Shown one piece after another: positions 8,110-16,769 of a stretch of 25,000 nucleotides of DNA (its first letter is position 1; each line of letters opens with the position of its first letter). The position numbers were made by a program, and so were the translations under genes. Source of the DNA: a virus (taxonomy: Duplodnaviria > Caudoviricetes); IMG/VR virus record IMGVR_UViG_3300038675_000977, positions 1-25,000 of that record; one strand, given 5' to 3'. The notes under the pieces are model-generated. The model did not search any database. It saw only the letters and a program-made list of their open reading frames with translations, and was not told where the DNA came from.

Positions 8110-8467
8110 CTTCTATCAGGTGAAAAGTGATGGTTATTTCGGCCAGTTTTTCGCGCATCCAGGTGCGTGCAGAAAAGCCGTCGGCAGCCACGGCAGTGAA
8201 CAGGATGTTCCGTTCGGTAACGTCAACCAGGTGTTTTAACTGGCTTTTAAGCAGTGTTTCAACACCTTTTGAAGCGGCCACCAAAGCCGCTGTGGTGGCA
8301 AATTTACCCCGTACCACCGCTGTGATTTTTCGCCCGCGGAACACGATTTCGGCTGCCGAAGTACCGGCAACTGAAAGCACGGTTTTTCGTGCGGGAAGGT
8401 CGTGGCGGTTTTCAAGCTTAACCAGCCGGAAACCCAGGGTTTCGATATCGGTTCCGTCGATGGTCAT
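8093..8467 (-). CDS. Distal-tail-like (Dit) minor tail protein
   Basis: MTIDGTDIETLGF...DLPARK start, 124 aa, beta-rich, between the tape measure and the hub. Confidence 0.55.
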   Translation of the reverse strand: MTIDGTDIETLGFRLVKLENRHDLPARKTVLSVAGTSAAEIVFRGRKITAVVRGKFATTAALVAASKGVETLLKSQLKHLVDVTERNILFTAVAADGFSARTWMREKLAEITITFHLIEDELVS

Positions 8468-9252
8468 TTTATTGTTTTCAAAAAGTCAATAATACTTTTT
8501 TCTTCGCGTTCCTCTTCGTTGCCCGATGGCTGGCCGATGCGCCCCGATGCGCTGATAAGCTGCATCACCTGCTGCCCCTCGGGGAAGTGGCTGCAAAGGC
8601 TTTCGGCCGTAAGGTCGCTGGCGGTGAACGGCACAATGCTGTTAATGTTCACATCGCTTTTCATGTCGAGCGTGAGGACTTCCGGCACTTCAATAAGGGT
8701 GTTGCCAATACCGCGCGCCTGGAGGTTCTTCCACGAGCAGGTGTCCATGCCGCGGTTGAGTTCGGGCGTCCAGAGGCGGAACCCCACGTTGCGGAACTGC
8801 TCGATGGCCTGGCGGTGAATGAGCCGCCCCAGCCCGAGCACCTTGTCGGTTTTCCAGGTAGCGGTGGCGCCGGTGTTCACATCGACAAACCACACACTTT
8901 CGGGCGTAATCTGCATGGTTTTCTTTTCCATCCAGGGCTCCACCAGGTCGAGGTAGGCGTTGGACAGCAGGTCGTCGGAGCCGACTTCGAGAATGTAGTC
9001 GAAATCGAACTGCTGCATGATGTAGCGCAGCCCGGCATTTTTTTTGGCGCCCAGTGGCCGGTTTTCAAAAAATATGGAATGGAAGCCATAGCGGTCAATC
9101 TGCGCGGCGGCTTCGGGTTCCGACACGATAAAAAACGGGGTGATACAAAAGCGCTCCGGGTTGTAATTTTGCAGGCGTTGTAAACCCTGCAAACAAATTT
9201 CGAATACTTCGGGGCGGCGCCACACGGGCGTAAAAGTGATAATTTTAATCAT
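8464..9252 (-). CDS. Glycosyltransferase, GT-A fold (GT2-like)
   Basis: IITFTPVWRRPEV start, LGAKKNAGL, DYILEVGSDDLL (DxD-like) and RGMD; ATGA overlaps at both ends. Confidence 0.8.
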   Translation of the reverse strand: MIKIITFTPVWRRPEVFEICLQGLQRLQNYNPERFCITPFFIVSEPEAAAQIDRYGFHSIFFENRPLGAKKNAGLRYIMQQFDFDYILEVGSDDLLSNAYLDLVEPWMEKKTMQITPESVWFVDVNTGATATWKTDKVLGLGRLIHRQAIEQFRNVGFRLWTPELNRGMDTCSWKNLQARGIGNTLIEVPEVLTLDMKSDVNINSIVPFTASDLTAESLCSHFPEGQQVMQLISASGRIGQPSGNEEEREEKSIIDFLKTIK

Positions 9253-12200
9253 AATCTTTCCTTTAAGATTCGGTTTGTTTCGGTAATGTTTTCCTCAATG
9301 TTTTTCAGGCGTGCATTGTGGCGGGTGTTTTCCTCGATGGTTTTCATCACGGCGAGGCTGTCGGCCATATCCTGGTTACCTGAGATTATAGCCGACACGA
9401 TGGCTTTCATATCGACGCGGATACCCATCATTTGCCCGGAAATGAGGCCGGCAGTTTCTTCTGTGATGCTTTTCACCGCGCCGCTCATGGCGCTTTGCTT
9501 TCCGGCGTCGTCGCCCAGGCTGATACCCACGCTTTCGAGGGCCTGACGTGCCGCGCCGAAAGCGGGGCCCACCGATGCCGACAGGTCGGCAATGGTGTCG
9601 CGGAAGCGGGCGGCTTCGTCGGTGGTGAGGTCGCCGCCGGTGTCGCTGATGAGCTGGTTGATGGCATTCTGAATGGGTTCGGTGAGCAACTGGGCGGTGA
9701 GCTGTTTCACCATCACGTTGCGGATGATGTCGTTCACGCGTTCGCCCCAGGCTTCGGCTGCATCTTCGCCGGCTAAAAACGCCGAGGCGATGCCTTCGGC
9801 AAGGTCTTGCACAGTGGTGCCGGTAAGGTCTTGCGTGATGCTGTCGATTTCGTTTTTCAGTTCGTTGTAGCTGTTCAGCAGCGCCTCTATGGATTGCCGC
9901 TGGGCGTCGCTGATGTTGCCTTTGAGCAGGCGCTGGGTGAGATTGTCGATTTGCTCGTCGAGGGTACCCACCTGGCGGATAAGGTCGCCGTAAATGATGG
10001 CCGACGAACCGGGACGGCGGCGGCCATAACCGGCGCTGCCCAGCTCCTTGTTCAGCGTGGCGGCATCAGAGGCCAGTTCGTTTAATTGGCTTTTCACCAC
10101 GCTCAGGGCGGTGGTGACATCGGGGTTGTTGAGGTTTGAAAACACATTGCGCGCCACCTCCACGCTGTTGATGACTTTTGTTACATTTTCCTCAATTTCC
10201 TCAAACCGCACATTGATTGCTTCGGGAACTTCGAGGAATAATTTCATAGAAGCTTCGAGCAGTTTGGCGGCTCCCTGGAAGTAGTTTCCCGAGGCGATAT
10301 CGGCCAGTGCGCTCATGGCTTCCAGCCCTCCGTCGATAACCTTGGCCTGCTCTTCGGTGAGGCCTAACTGTTCGCGGTATTGCTGCGTAAGCTGGCCGGC
10401 CATGTCGAGCAGTTGCGAGGTACTGTCGAGCAGTTTCTGAAATTTTTCATCGTCGATTTCGCCCTGCCATATGGCGACGTTCTTTTTGTTCTGCTCAATT
10501 TTTTTATTGATTTTGTCTATTTCGAGGCCGGTGGATTTGACCTCTGTTTTTGCTTCTTTGAACGTTTCGGCAAGGGTGTTGTCTTTCGGGGTTATTTTTG
10601 CGGGCACCACGTCGTTTCCGTAGTAGGCGTTGCGGGTGGCGCGCAGCGCTTCATCGGCAATCTGCATGCGAATGGAAAGCTCTTCCTGGAGCATGACGAT
10701 GCGCTGGGCAATGGATTTCTGCTGGTCGCCTTCGGCATCCAGTACATCCTTTTGAAGGATTTCAATCTGCTTTTGAATTTCTTCGGTAGTCTTCCTTACC
10801 GCAGCAGCACCTGAACCACCGTCGGGTGTGGCCGAACCGGAAACGGTAGCTGTAAGCACCTGCCGGTATAACTCTTCCAGTTTTTTGCGGACATCCTCAT
10901 TAATTTTGATGTCATCCTGAATGATTTCAAGCTCCTTCTCCTTTGTTCTGCCCGGCGTTGCCCATGCTCCCATCCCGATACCTGCATTGAAAGCTTCAAC
11001 TCCGCGTTGCAGGGACGAAGGCTGTTGTTTTTTCAAACGGTTTTCTTCCTGGCGCAGCTTGTCGGTCTCGTTGCGCATTTCAATCATGCGCCCGGTGATT
11101 AATTTCAGCTTACTTTCGCGGTCGCCTAACCCGTCGAGTTCTGTCGAAATTTCGTTTATTTTTTCGGCAACGCCAGGGGCCACAATGTCGGTGTCGCGGT
11201 CAGTGAGCAATTCGTTAAGCTTATCGGCCAAATTGAGTGAACCCTGATTAATAAGGTCACCTATTTTTTTAAGCTCGCGCTGCCATTTGTTGTGAACAAC
11301 GCTCCATTTATTGTCGGCTTCCTGCATCATACGGTTGTATGCGTCGGTCATCGAACCGGTAGCCGTTTGCATGGCAGAAAGGTCGTTCGACGCTTCTTTT
11401 GCTTTTGCACCGGTGAGCGCCAGCACTGCGTTTACCCCTTCAATTTCAGGAATCAGTTTTTTTAATTCATTCTGGCTTCCGCCGGCTTTTTTCGAAATGG
11501 CTTCAAGGCCTTCCTGGTAGGTCATTGAATTCGACCAGCCGTCGCCCAGCACTTTGTTCATGCCGACCAAAGATCCGCGAATCTGCGTCATTGCCTGGGC
11601 GGTGGGTGTACCCTGTTTTGTTATGCTTGCAATGGCGGCGGCAATTTCTTCGAGCGGAATACCCATAGCCGCTGCCATGGGCGCTACCTGGGCAATGGTT
11701 TGCGCCAACTCCGGAAATGTGGTTTTCCCTTTTTCAACAGTTTTGAAAAGGACGTCAGCCACTTTCGTTGCCTGGCTGGCATCTTTTCCCCAGGCGTTCA
11801 GCACGGTTGTCAGCCCGTCGGCAGCAATTTTGGTGTCGGTAACGCCTGCTGTTGCCGCCTTGCTCGACACTTTTAGCAGTTCGAGGCCTGCGGCGCCGTC
11901 GTGTCCGGCTGAAACAATCTGGTAGTAGGCCTGCGCGAGCCGTATGGCATCATCGGGGCCATTGGCGGCAACATTGGTAATTTCTTTGCTGATGCCTTCG
12001 AAATTGGCCTTCACGGCAGTGGAAATGGTTTCCACTTCGCGCATGGCTTTCGAAAAGTCTTTTGAAAAATTATAAGCTTCGGTGGTTAAATTTTTCAACG
12101 CCAGGGCAGCCGCCGTAAAGGAGGCAATGGGCAGCATGGTTTTCACGGTTTGCCCGATGGCCGAAAATTGTTTGTCCAACGAAAAAGATTCCTTTTTCAG

Positions 12201-12320
12201 TCGCGTCATCTGTTGCGTCATCTCGGCGCTTTCGCCCTTTACGGTGCGTCCTACCTTTTGAAGCTGGCGGTCGATATCGCCTTTGACAATGAATTCTATA
12301 TCTACCGGGCCTATTGCCAT
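9249..12320 (-). CDS. Tape measure protein (TP901-family core)
   Basis: 1023 aa, Ala-rich and helical; LAQAYYQIVSAG, VADVLFKTVEKGKTTFPELA and C-terminal SITEETAGLISGQ. Confidence 0.95.
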   Translation of the reverse strand: MAIGPVDIEFIVKGDIDRQLQKVGRTVKGESAEMTQQMTRLKKESFSLDKQFSAIGQTVKTMLPIASFTAAALALKNLTTEAYNFSKDFSKAMREVETISTAVKANFEGISKEITNVAANGPDDAIRLAQAYYQIVSAGHDGAAGLELLKVSSKAATAGVTDTKIAADGLTTVLNAWGKDASQATKVADVLFKTVEKGKTTFPELAQTIAQVAPMAAAMGIPLEEIAAAIASITKQGTPTAQAMTQIRGSLVGMNKVLGDGWSNSMTYQEGLEAISKKAGGSQNELKKLIPEIEGVNAVLALTGAKAKEASNDLSAMQTATGSMTDAYNRMMQEADNKWSVVHNKWQRELKKIGDLINQGSLNLADKLNELLTDRDTDIVAPGVAEKINEISTELDGLGDRESKLKLITGRMIEMRNETDKLRQEENRLKKQQPSSLQRGVEAFNAGIGMGAWATPGRTKEKELEIIQDDIKINEDVRKKLEELYRQVLTATVSGSATPDGGSGAAAVRKTTEEIQKQIEILQKDVLDAEGDQQKSIAQRIVMLQEELSIRMQIADEALRATRNAYYGNDVVPAKITPKDNTLAETFKEAKTEVKSTGLEIDKINKKIEQNKKNVAIWQGEIDDEKFQKLLDSTSQLLDMAGQLTQQYREQLGLTEEQAKVIDGGLEAMSALADIASGNYFQGAAKLLEASMKLFLEVPEAINVRFEEIEENVTKVINSVEVARNVFSNLNNPDVTTALSVVKSQLNELASDAATLNKELGSAGYGRRRPGSSAIIYGDLIRQVGTLDEQIDNLTQRLLKGNISDAQRQSIEALLNSYNELKNEIDSITQDLTGTTVQDLAEGIASAFLAGEDAAEAWGERVNDIIRNVMVKQLTAQLLTEPIQNAINQLISDTGGDLTTDEAARFRDTIADLSASVGPAFGAARQALESVGISLGDDAGKQSAMSGAVKSITEETAGLISGQMMGIRVDMKAIVSAIISGNQDMADSLAVMKTIEENTRHNARLKNIEENITETNRILKERL

Positions 12321-12325
12321 TGTTA

Positions 12326-12529
12326 TTACATTAAAAAGGTTGCCAAATCGGTTTCCGATTCGATGGGTTTGCCTCGTTTCACCTCTTCGCCGGTTACGTA
12401 GCGGGGTGCGTCGGCAATCATCATTTCAAGGTTCATCCAGCTAATGCCCCACAGGATGTAGTCGAGTGTCCAGCCGGTTGCTGCGGCAATGCTCCAAATG
12501 GTTCCCCACGGGCTATGGAGGCCGGTCAT
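12326..12529 (-). CDS. Second tail assembly chaperone segment (gpT-like), in the -1 frame relative to the upstream chaperone
   Basis: HSPWGTIWSIAAATGWTLDYILWGISWMNLEMMIADAPRY; sits immediately before the tape measure; its frame is open across the upstream stop. Confidence 0.75.
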   Translation of the reverse strand: MTGLHSPWGTIWSIAAATGWTLDYILWGISWMNLEMMIADAPRYVTGEEVKRGKPIESETDLATFLM

Positions 12530-12537
12530 GCGGCCTG

Positions 12538-13020
12538 TTAACTCCCGCTTTCGTCGTGGCTCAAATTGCGCGGCGCTGTGGCTTTCATCCGCATGGCGCC
12601 TATCAATCTGATAGTAGTTGTGAAATCCTCGTACCCGGCGAATGCAACGGCCAGGAGGGCAATTTCGGCCATTTTTCGCGGGGTGAGCTTCCACATGAGC
12701 CAGCGGGCCACGGGGCGGGCAAACAACCTGATTTTCCATTTCCCGTTCAGGAACAGCACCGCCATGATGCGCGACAGCGGCATGATGTTCCGGCGCAGCA
12801 GTTCGTGCACTTCGCCCAGTTCGCCGCTTTCGAGCTTCGACACGTCGAACCCGGCTTTCAGGCTGATGCGCGACACGTACAGCAGTGTGCCGTATTTCGG
12901 CTGGCGCAACACCAGGCCAATTTCGCGGCAGAACAACCGCAGAAAAAAAGGGGCGGGCAACTTCACCCTTACCCCTTTTTCAAGAATTGTATCGGCAGCA
13001 TTCTGCTCTGTTGGTTTCAT
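12538..13020 (-). CDS. Tail assembly chaperone (gpG-like)
   Basis: 160 aa between the tail tube and tape measure, the canonical siphovirus order. Confidence 0.7.
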   Translation of the reverse strand: MKPTEQNAADTILEKGVRVKLPAPFFLRLFCREIGLVLRQPKYGTLLYVSRISLKAGFDVSKLESGELGEVHELLRRNIMPLSRIMAVLFLNGKWKIRLFARPVARWLMWKLTPRKMAEIALLAVAFAGYEDFTTTIRLIGAMRMKATAPRNLSHDESGS

Positions 13021-13021
13021 T

Positions 13022-13516
13022 TTACGTTGTTTGAATCCACGAAATGGGCGGCGTGTCAGCTTTGCTCGGGGTCAGAATTCTGGCCTCGATGTCAATCAGC
13101 AAAACGCCTTTTTTGCGGAACTGGAAATTTTCTTTCGCGTAAATTTTCGCGCGGGGGATCTGAATTTTCAGCCCTGTTTTGGTTAAGATTTCAATCGATT
13201 TCTCGATGGGGTCTTTCGCCAGCGGGCTTTCGTAGGTGCTGCCCGACACTTCGCCGCCGAGGATGCGCACCGCCGTTGCCGGGGTGACGTCCATAATCGA
13301 CCAGCGCAGTTTGGCGGCGCCTTTCACTTCCACCACTTCCTCGGGTTCGTCGTTTTCCTCCGAAAAGATTTCGGTCACTTCGGGGTCGTCGCGCACCAGC
13401 TCGGCAGTGTCCTGATAGGTGACGCCGAGAATGGAAAGCGATGTTCCCATTCCGCCGTCGCCGGCAATGTCGCCCAGTTTGATGTGGGTGAGGCCTATGC
13501 TTCGAATTTCGCTCAT
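13022..13516 (-). CDS. Major tail (tube) protein
   Basis: 164 aa, beta-rich and acidic (LGVTYQDTAEL, EENDEPE, IQIPRAKI); upstream of the chaperones and tape measure. Confidence 0.75.
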   Translation of the reverse strand: MSEIRSIGLTHIKLGDIAGDGGMGTSLSILGVTYQDTAELVRDDPEVTEIFSEENDEPEEVVEVKGAAKLRWSIMDVTPATAVRILGGEVSGSTYESPLAKDPIEKSIEILTKTGLKIQIPRAKIYAKENFQFRKKGVLLIDIEARILTPSKADTPPISWIQTT

Positions 13517-13650
13517 GTTACTGTTTTTTTAAGGTTGAAAAAAGGGCCCGTTCGTGTTCCAAAGCGGTGTGCCAATTCCGGTCGTCATAACTCCGCGAAG
13601 CGGTTCAGTACCAGGAATTCCTGTTTGTCAAGTTCAGGCCCGTTGAATTT

Positions 13651-14709
13651 CTATTCCGAAGTATCCTGAACGATGGCCAGTAAGCCTTCCACGCCATTGC
13701 GCATAGGCCGTCCGCCGGCACGTACCAGGAATGAGTAGATGTCGCCGTAGTAGGTTGGGTCGTTCTCGTTGTCGAACATGTTCACTTCGCCCAGGGCGCG
13801 GCAAACACTGTCGATATGCCATGCCAGCACAGCGCCGTGGTCGGTGGTGGCGCCTGCCGAAGTCCATGCTTTCGGGGCCAAAGCTGAGGTATAGCGTGCA
13901 GCTTTCGAGCGCATCATAATGTTGAACGACCACAGTTTACCCATAATTCCCTGGGCAATATTGGCTGTGGAATGGAAAGCCAGGCTGTCCTTGTCGGTAA
14001 GGCTGGCCAGCAACTGGCCGTACATTACGGCGTCAATCAGCATGTAGCGGCCTTCCTGCGGGATGTTTTGTTCGTTAAAATAGTTCATGGCAGCCAGCAC
14101 GTCGGCAGTTACCAGCGCTTTGCGGTTGCTGGTTGCAGAAGGCACGTGTGCAGCCACAGCGCTTCCGGTGGTGCGTTTGGTATAGGCGGCAGCGGGCGAC
14201 CAGTTGTAAATAAAGTCGTTGGCCACTTCTTCAGCCAGTTTTCGTTTATCGCCCCCCAGCACACTTTCGCGTTTGTTGTAACTCAACTCCACGGTGTCGG
14301 CATGTGGAATGCGAATCGGGTCGGTGGTAAATTCATCCAGGTTAAAAGTTAAATCAACGTCGGTGCGGTGTTTCACCGTGGCCGGGAATTGCAGCCTGTT
14401 TTTGGTTACCGAACTGGGCGCACCCGCATTAGGGATATGCACGGTTTTACCGGCATTCACAAACTCGTCGGCATTGAAGGCTTTGCTTAAAAATGAATTA
14501 TCGGCAAACAAACCTTCCACAATACTGTTCATCCAGATTTCCTTTTGCACAGCCATGGGCAGGGCGCCGGAAACATTGGGGAGAACGAACGAGAGGGCCG
14601 AGCCCACGCCAATTACGGCCAGGGGGTTCAACCCGGAGGCGACGGCCACAGCCCCGCCCACCACGACGTTGAATAACAACGCCATCAAAAAGAAGAGTAC
14701 TTTTTTCAT
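13651..14709 (-). CDS. Major capsid protein with hydrophobic N-terminal extension
   Basis: AVQKEIW...GKTVHIPNAG, NIPQEGRYMLID and GIMGKLWSFNI motifs of HK97-fold capsids; follows the protease/scaffold gene. Confidence 0.85.
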   Translation of the reverse strand: MKKVLFFLMALLFNVVVGGAVAVASGLNPLAVIGVGSALSFVLPNVSGALPMAVQKEIWMNSIVEGLFADNSFLSKAFNADEFVNAGKTVHIPNAGAPSSVTKNRLQFPATVKHRTDVDLTFNLDEFTTDPIRIPHADTVELSYNKRESVLGGDKRKLAEEVANDFIYNWSPAAAYTKRTTGSAVAAHVPSATSNRKALVTADVLAAMNYFNEQNIPQEGRYMLIDAVMYGQLLASLTDKDSLAFHSTANIAQGIMGKLWSFNIMMRSKAARYTSALAPKAWTSAGATTDHGAVLAWHIDSVCRALGEVNMFDNENDPTYYGDIYSFLVRAGGRPMRNGVEGLLAIVQDTSE

Positions 14710-14734
14710 TGTATCCGTAGTTTTCAGTTAATAC

Positions 14735-15175
14735 TTAAGTTAAAAGCTCAAGGGCAGCTACGCGGGCTTCGAGAGCCGAAGTGCTGAACACAGGCACGAA
14801 AGCAGTGCCGTCGTAAGCCCAGGTTACAAACTCAACTCCGTTTGCCGGAACAGTGATGTTGGCGGCGTCGGTATCGTAACCGGTTCCGAGAGTCACGGTG
14901 CGGTCGGTGCCATCGGCAGTGAACTTGCCGTAAATTTTGGCGCCCTTGGTCACCTGGGCGTCAACGGTGAGGTTCACGGTGACATTACCGGTAAGTTCGG
15001 CAGGCTGCAGGAATGTTTCCATCTGGTTGATGGCAACGGCCAGCGTGGCGGCGTAGTCAGGTTCCTGAACTTCGCCAATAGGGAACAATACTTCTTCGGC
15101 GGCAGCGGCGTTGGCCGGTGCCACGAAATTGAACTCCTTGTGAGTTCCGTTGGTTTCTTTTTTAATCCAGGTCAT
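14735..15175 (-). CDS. Head accessory/decoration-like protein
   Basis: Thr/Ala/Val-rich beta protein between protease and capsid genes; C-terminal LEARVAALE trimer-coil motif. Confidence 0.55.
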   Translation of the reverse strand: MTWIKKETNGTHKEFNFVAPANAAAAEEVLFPIGEVQEPDYAATLAVAINQMETFLQPAELTGNVTVNLTVDAQVTKGAKIYGKFTADGTDRTVTLGTGYDTDAANITVPANGVEFVTWAYDGTAFVPVFSTSALEARVAALELLT

Positions 15176-15178
15176 GGT

Positions 15179-16177
15179 TTATGCTTTTTTTGGTTTCACG
15201 CCAAAACGCTCGCTGAACTTCTGTTCGTAGAGGTCGTAATACTTGTCTTTCAACAAGGTGAGTTTCCCGGCTTTGTCGAGTTCGTTCCACGACAATTTTT
15301 GGAGGTCGGCCAGTTCGGTGGCATTCTGCCCGTCGGCAGCTTCAATCTGCGCGGCAACGCTCTGGCGTTTAGGCAGGGCTTCAATCATTGCTTTGGCGCT
15401 TTTGTAATCGGCGTCGAACAATTTCAGGGTGCTTTCTTTTGCTTTCGCGTCGAGGCGCCCTTCCTTAATGGCAGCATCCACCAACTGAATGGCTTCGGCT
15501 TTTTGTTTGTCTTTCTCGGCCTGGTTAATGGCGTCGATGCGCTCCGTGAGGGTCACATTCTCGCTTTTCAGGCGGTCGCGGTCGCTCAGCACGAGCCGCA
15601 TGGCGGTAGCCACCTCGCTTTCGGAAGCAGTATCCGCCAAATTCAGAATCTTTGCGAGTTCCTTCATTTTTTCATTATTAATTAAAATTGGTTGCTTGTC
15701 GAAAAGCCGAACGAGGTTTTTCCCGTCGTTCAGGTCGATGGGCTTTTGGGTTTGCCGGTCGTAGAACACCAGGGCATTGTGGTTTGCTCCAATGGTGACA
15801 ATGGAAGCTTCGCGCATAGTCCATTTGGTAACGGTTGGGCCGCGTTGCCCTTCCGCTTTCAGTTCGGGGGTATCGAGCACTTCGTCGGGCGGCCAGGCGC
15901 CCACGCTGGCCATGCGCAGGAAATCGCGCTCCACTTTCCCGGCCACGAAATTGCCGCCTTCGGGGCGCATGTCCTGAAGGTCGAAAACCGGGTCGGCTAA
16001 AATCTGCGTGCCTTCCACGCGGATGTTTTCCCAGCGCCCGATGGGCAGGCTCCAGTCGTTATGGTTCAGCAACATCACCGGGTTTTTGCGGAACTCGTCG
16101 AGGTTGCACCCCGATGTGAGCATCCGGAACCCGTAAGTGTTGACCGTTTCATCGTGAAGGACAAATGATTTTGCCAT
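15179..16177 (-). CDS. Prohead protease fused to scaffold domain
   Basis: DETVNTYGFR, NPVMLLNH, PIGRW, MASVG and EASIVTIGAN; charged helical C-terminal half. Confidence 0.9.
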   Translation of the reverse strand: MAKSFVLHDETVNTYGFRMLTSGCNLDEFRKNPVMLLNHNDWSLPIGRWENIRVEGTQILADPVFDLQDMRPEGGNFVAGKVERDFLRMASVGAWPPDEVLDTPELKAEGQRGPTVTKWTMREASIVTIGANHNALVFYDRQTQKPIDLNDGKNLVRLFDKQPILINNEKMKELAKILNLADTASESEVATAMRLVLSDRDRLKSENVTLTERIDAINQAEKDKQKAEAIQLVDAAIKEGRLDAKAKESTLKLFDADYKSAKAMIEALPKRQSVAAQIEAADGQNATELADLQKLSWNELDKAGKLTLLKDKYYDLYEQKFSERFGVKPKKA

Positions 16178-16322
16178 GTTTTTGGTTCAAATTTCAACCA
16201 AAACAAAGGCAAATTATTCAATTACACAAAATTCTGTTCTTTCCATAAACATTTTAGTTTCAAGCATATACAGAAATTATATAAAGTGGATTTTAAGGGT
16301 TAGTTTAGCCGAAAAATCGAAC
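16178..16322. promoter_or_regulatory. Divergent AT-rich control region of the two late operons
   Basis: 145-bp AT-rich gap between oppositely oriented ATGs at 16177 and 16323; no perfect TAnnTTTG seen. Confidence 0.55.
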
Positions 16323-16769
16323 ATGGCCACACTAACAAACAAGCAAAAAAAAGAGTGGGCACAATTGCTTTTCACGCGCGAAAACATCACCCAAAAGGAA
16401 GTGGCCGCCCGCGTGGGCGTATCGGTACAAACCATGACCAAGTGGGTTGCCGAGGGAAAATGGGAGGAACTACGCATATCCATCACTATCACAAAGGAGG
16501 AGCAGTTGAAAAGCCTCTACCGGCAGTTGGGCGAAATCAACAACCTGATAGCCGAGCGCGAGGAAGGGCGGCGCTATGCCACCAGCGCCGAGGCCGACAT
16601 CATCAGTAAGCTGGCTTCGGCCATCGAAAAAATGGAAAGCGACATCGGCCTTGCCGATATCATCTCAACGTTCCGCGGTTTCCTGGTATGGATGCGCGGT
16701 TTCGACCTGGTGGAAGCGCAACGCCTTTCGCCGGTTTTTGATGCTTACATTAAAACACGCGTTAAATAA
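16323..16769 (+). CDS. Small terminase-like HTH protein (DUF1804/Mu gp27-like)
   Basis: ITQKEVAARVGVSVQTMTKWV HTH; its stop overlaps the large terminase start. Start placed at MATLT (16323). Confidence 0.75.
   Translation: MATLTNKQKKEWAQLLFTRENITQKEVAARVGVSVQTMTKWVAEGKWEELRISITITKEEQLKSLYRQLGEINNLIAEREEGRRYATSAEADIISKLASAIEKMESDIGLADIISTFRGFLVWMRGFDLVEAQRLSPVFDAYIKTRVK

Noticed and set aside
7054-8130. 358-aa + strand ORF, and similar long antisense ORFs (e.g. 12466-13287, 20321-21331, 8587-9183)
   Set aside because: They lie opposite well-supported phage genes, show no motifs, and are expected shadows of GC-rich codon usage.
12940-12952. T-run (CCT TTT TTT) near the start of the tail chaperone as the G/GT slip site
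   Set aside because: It lies far upstream of where the -1 frame of the second ORF is open and has no obvious stimulatory hairpin.
13574-13619. Hammerhead or other self-cleaving ribozyme in the capsid-tail spacer
   Set aside because: The CUGANGA and GAAA core elements are not present in the required arrangement.
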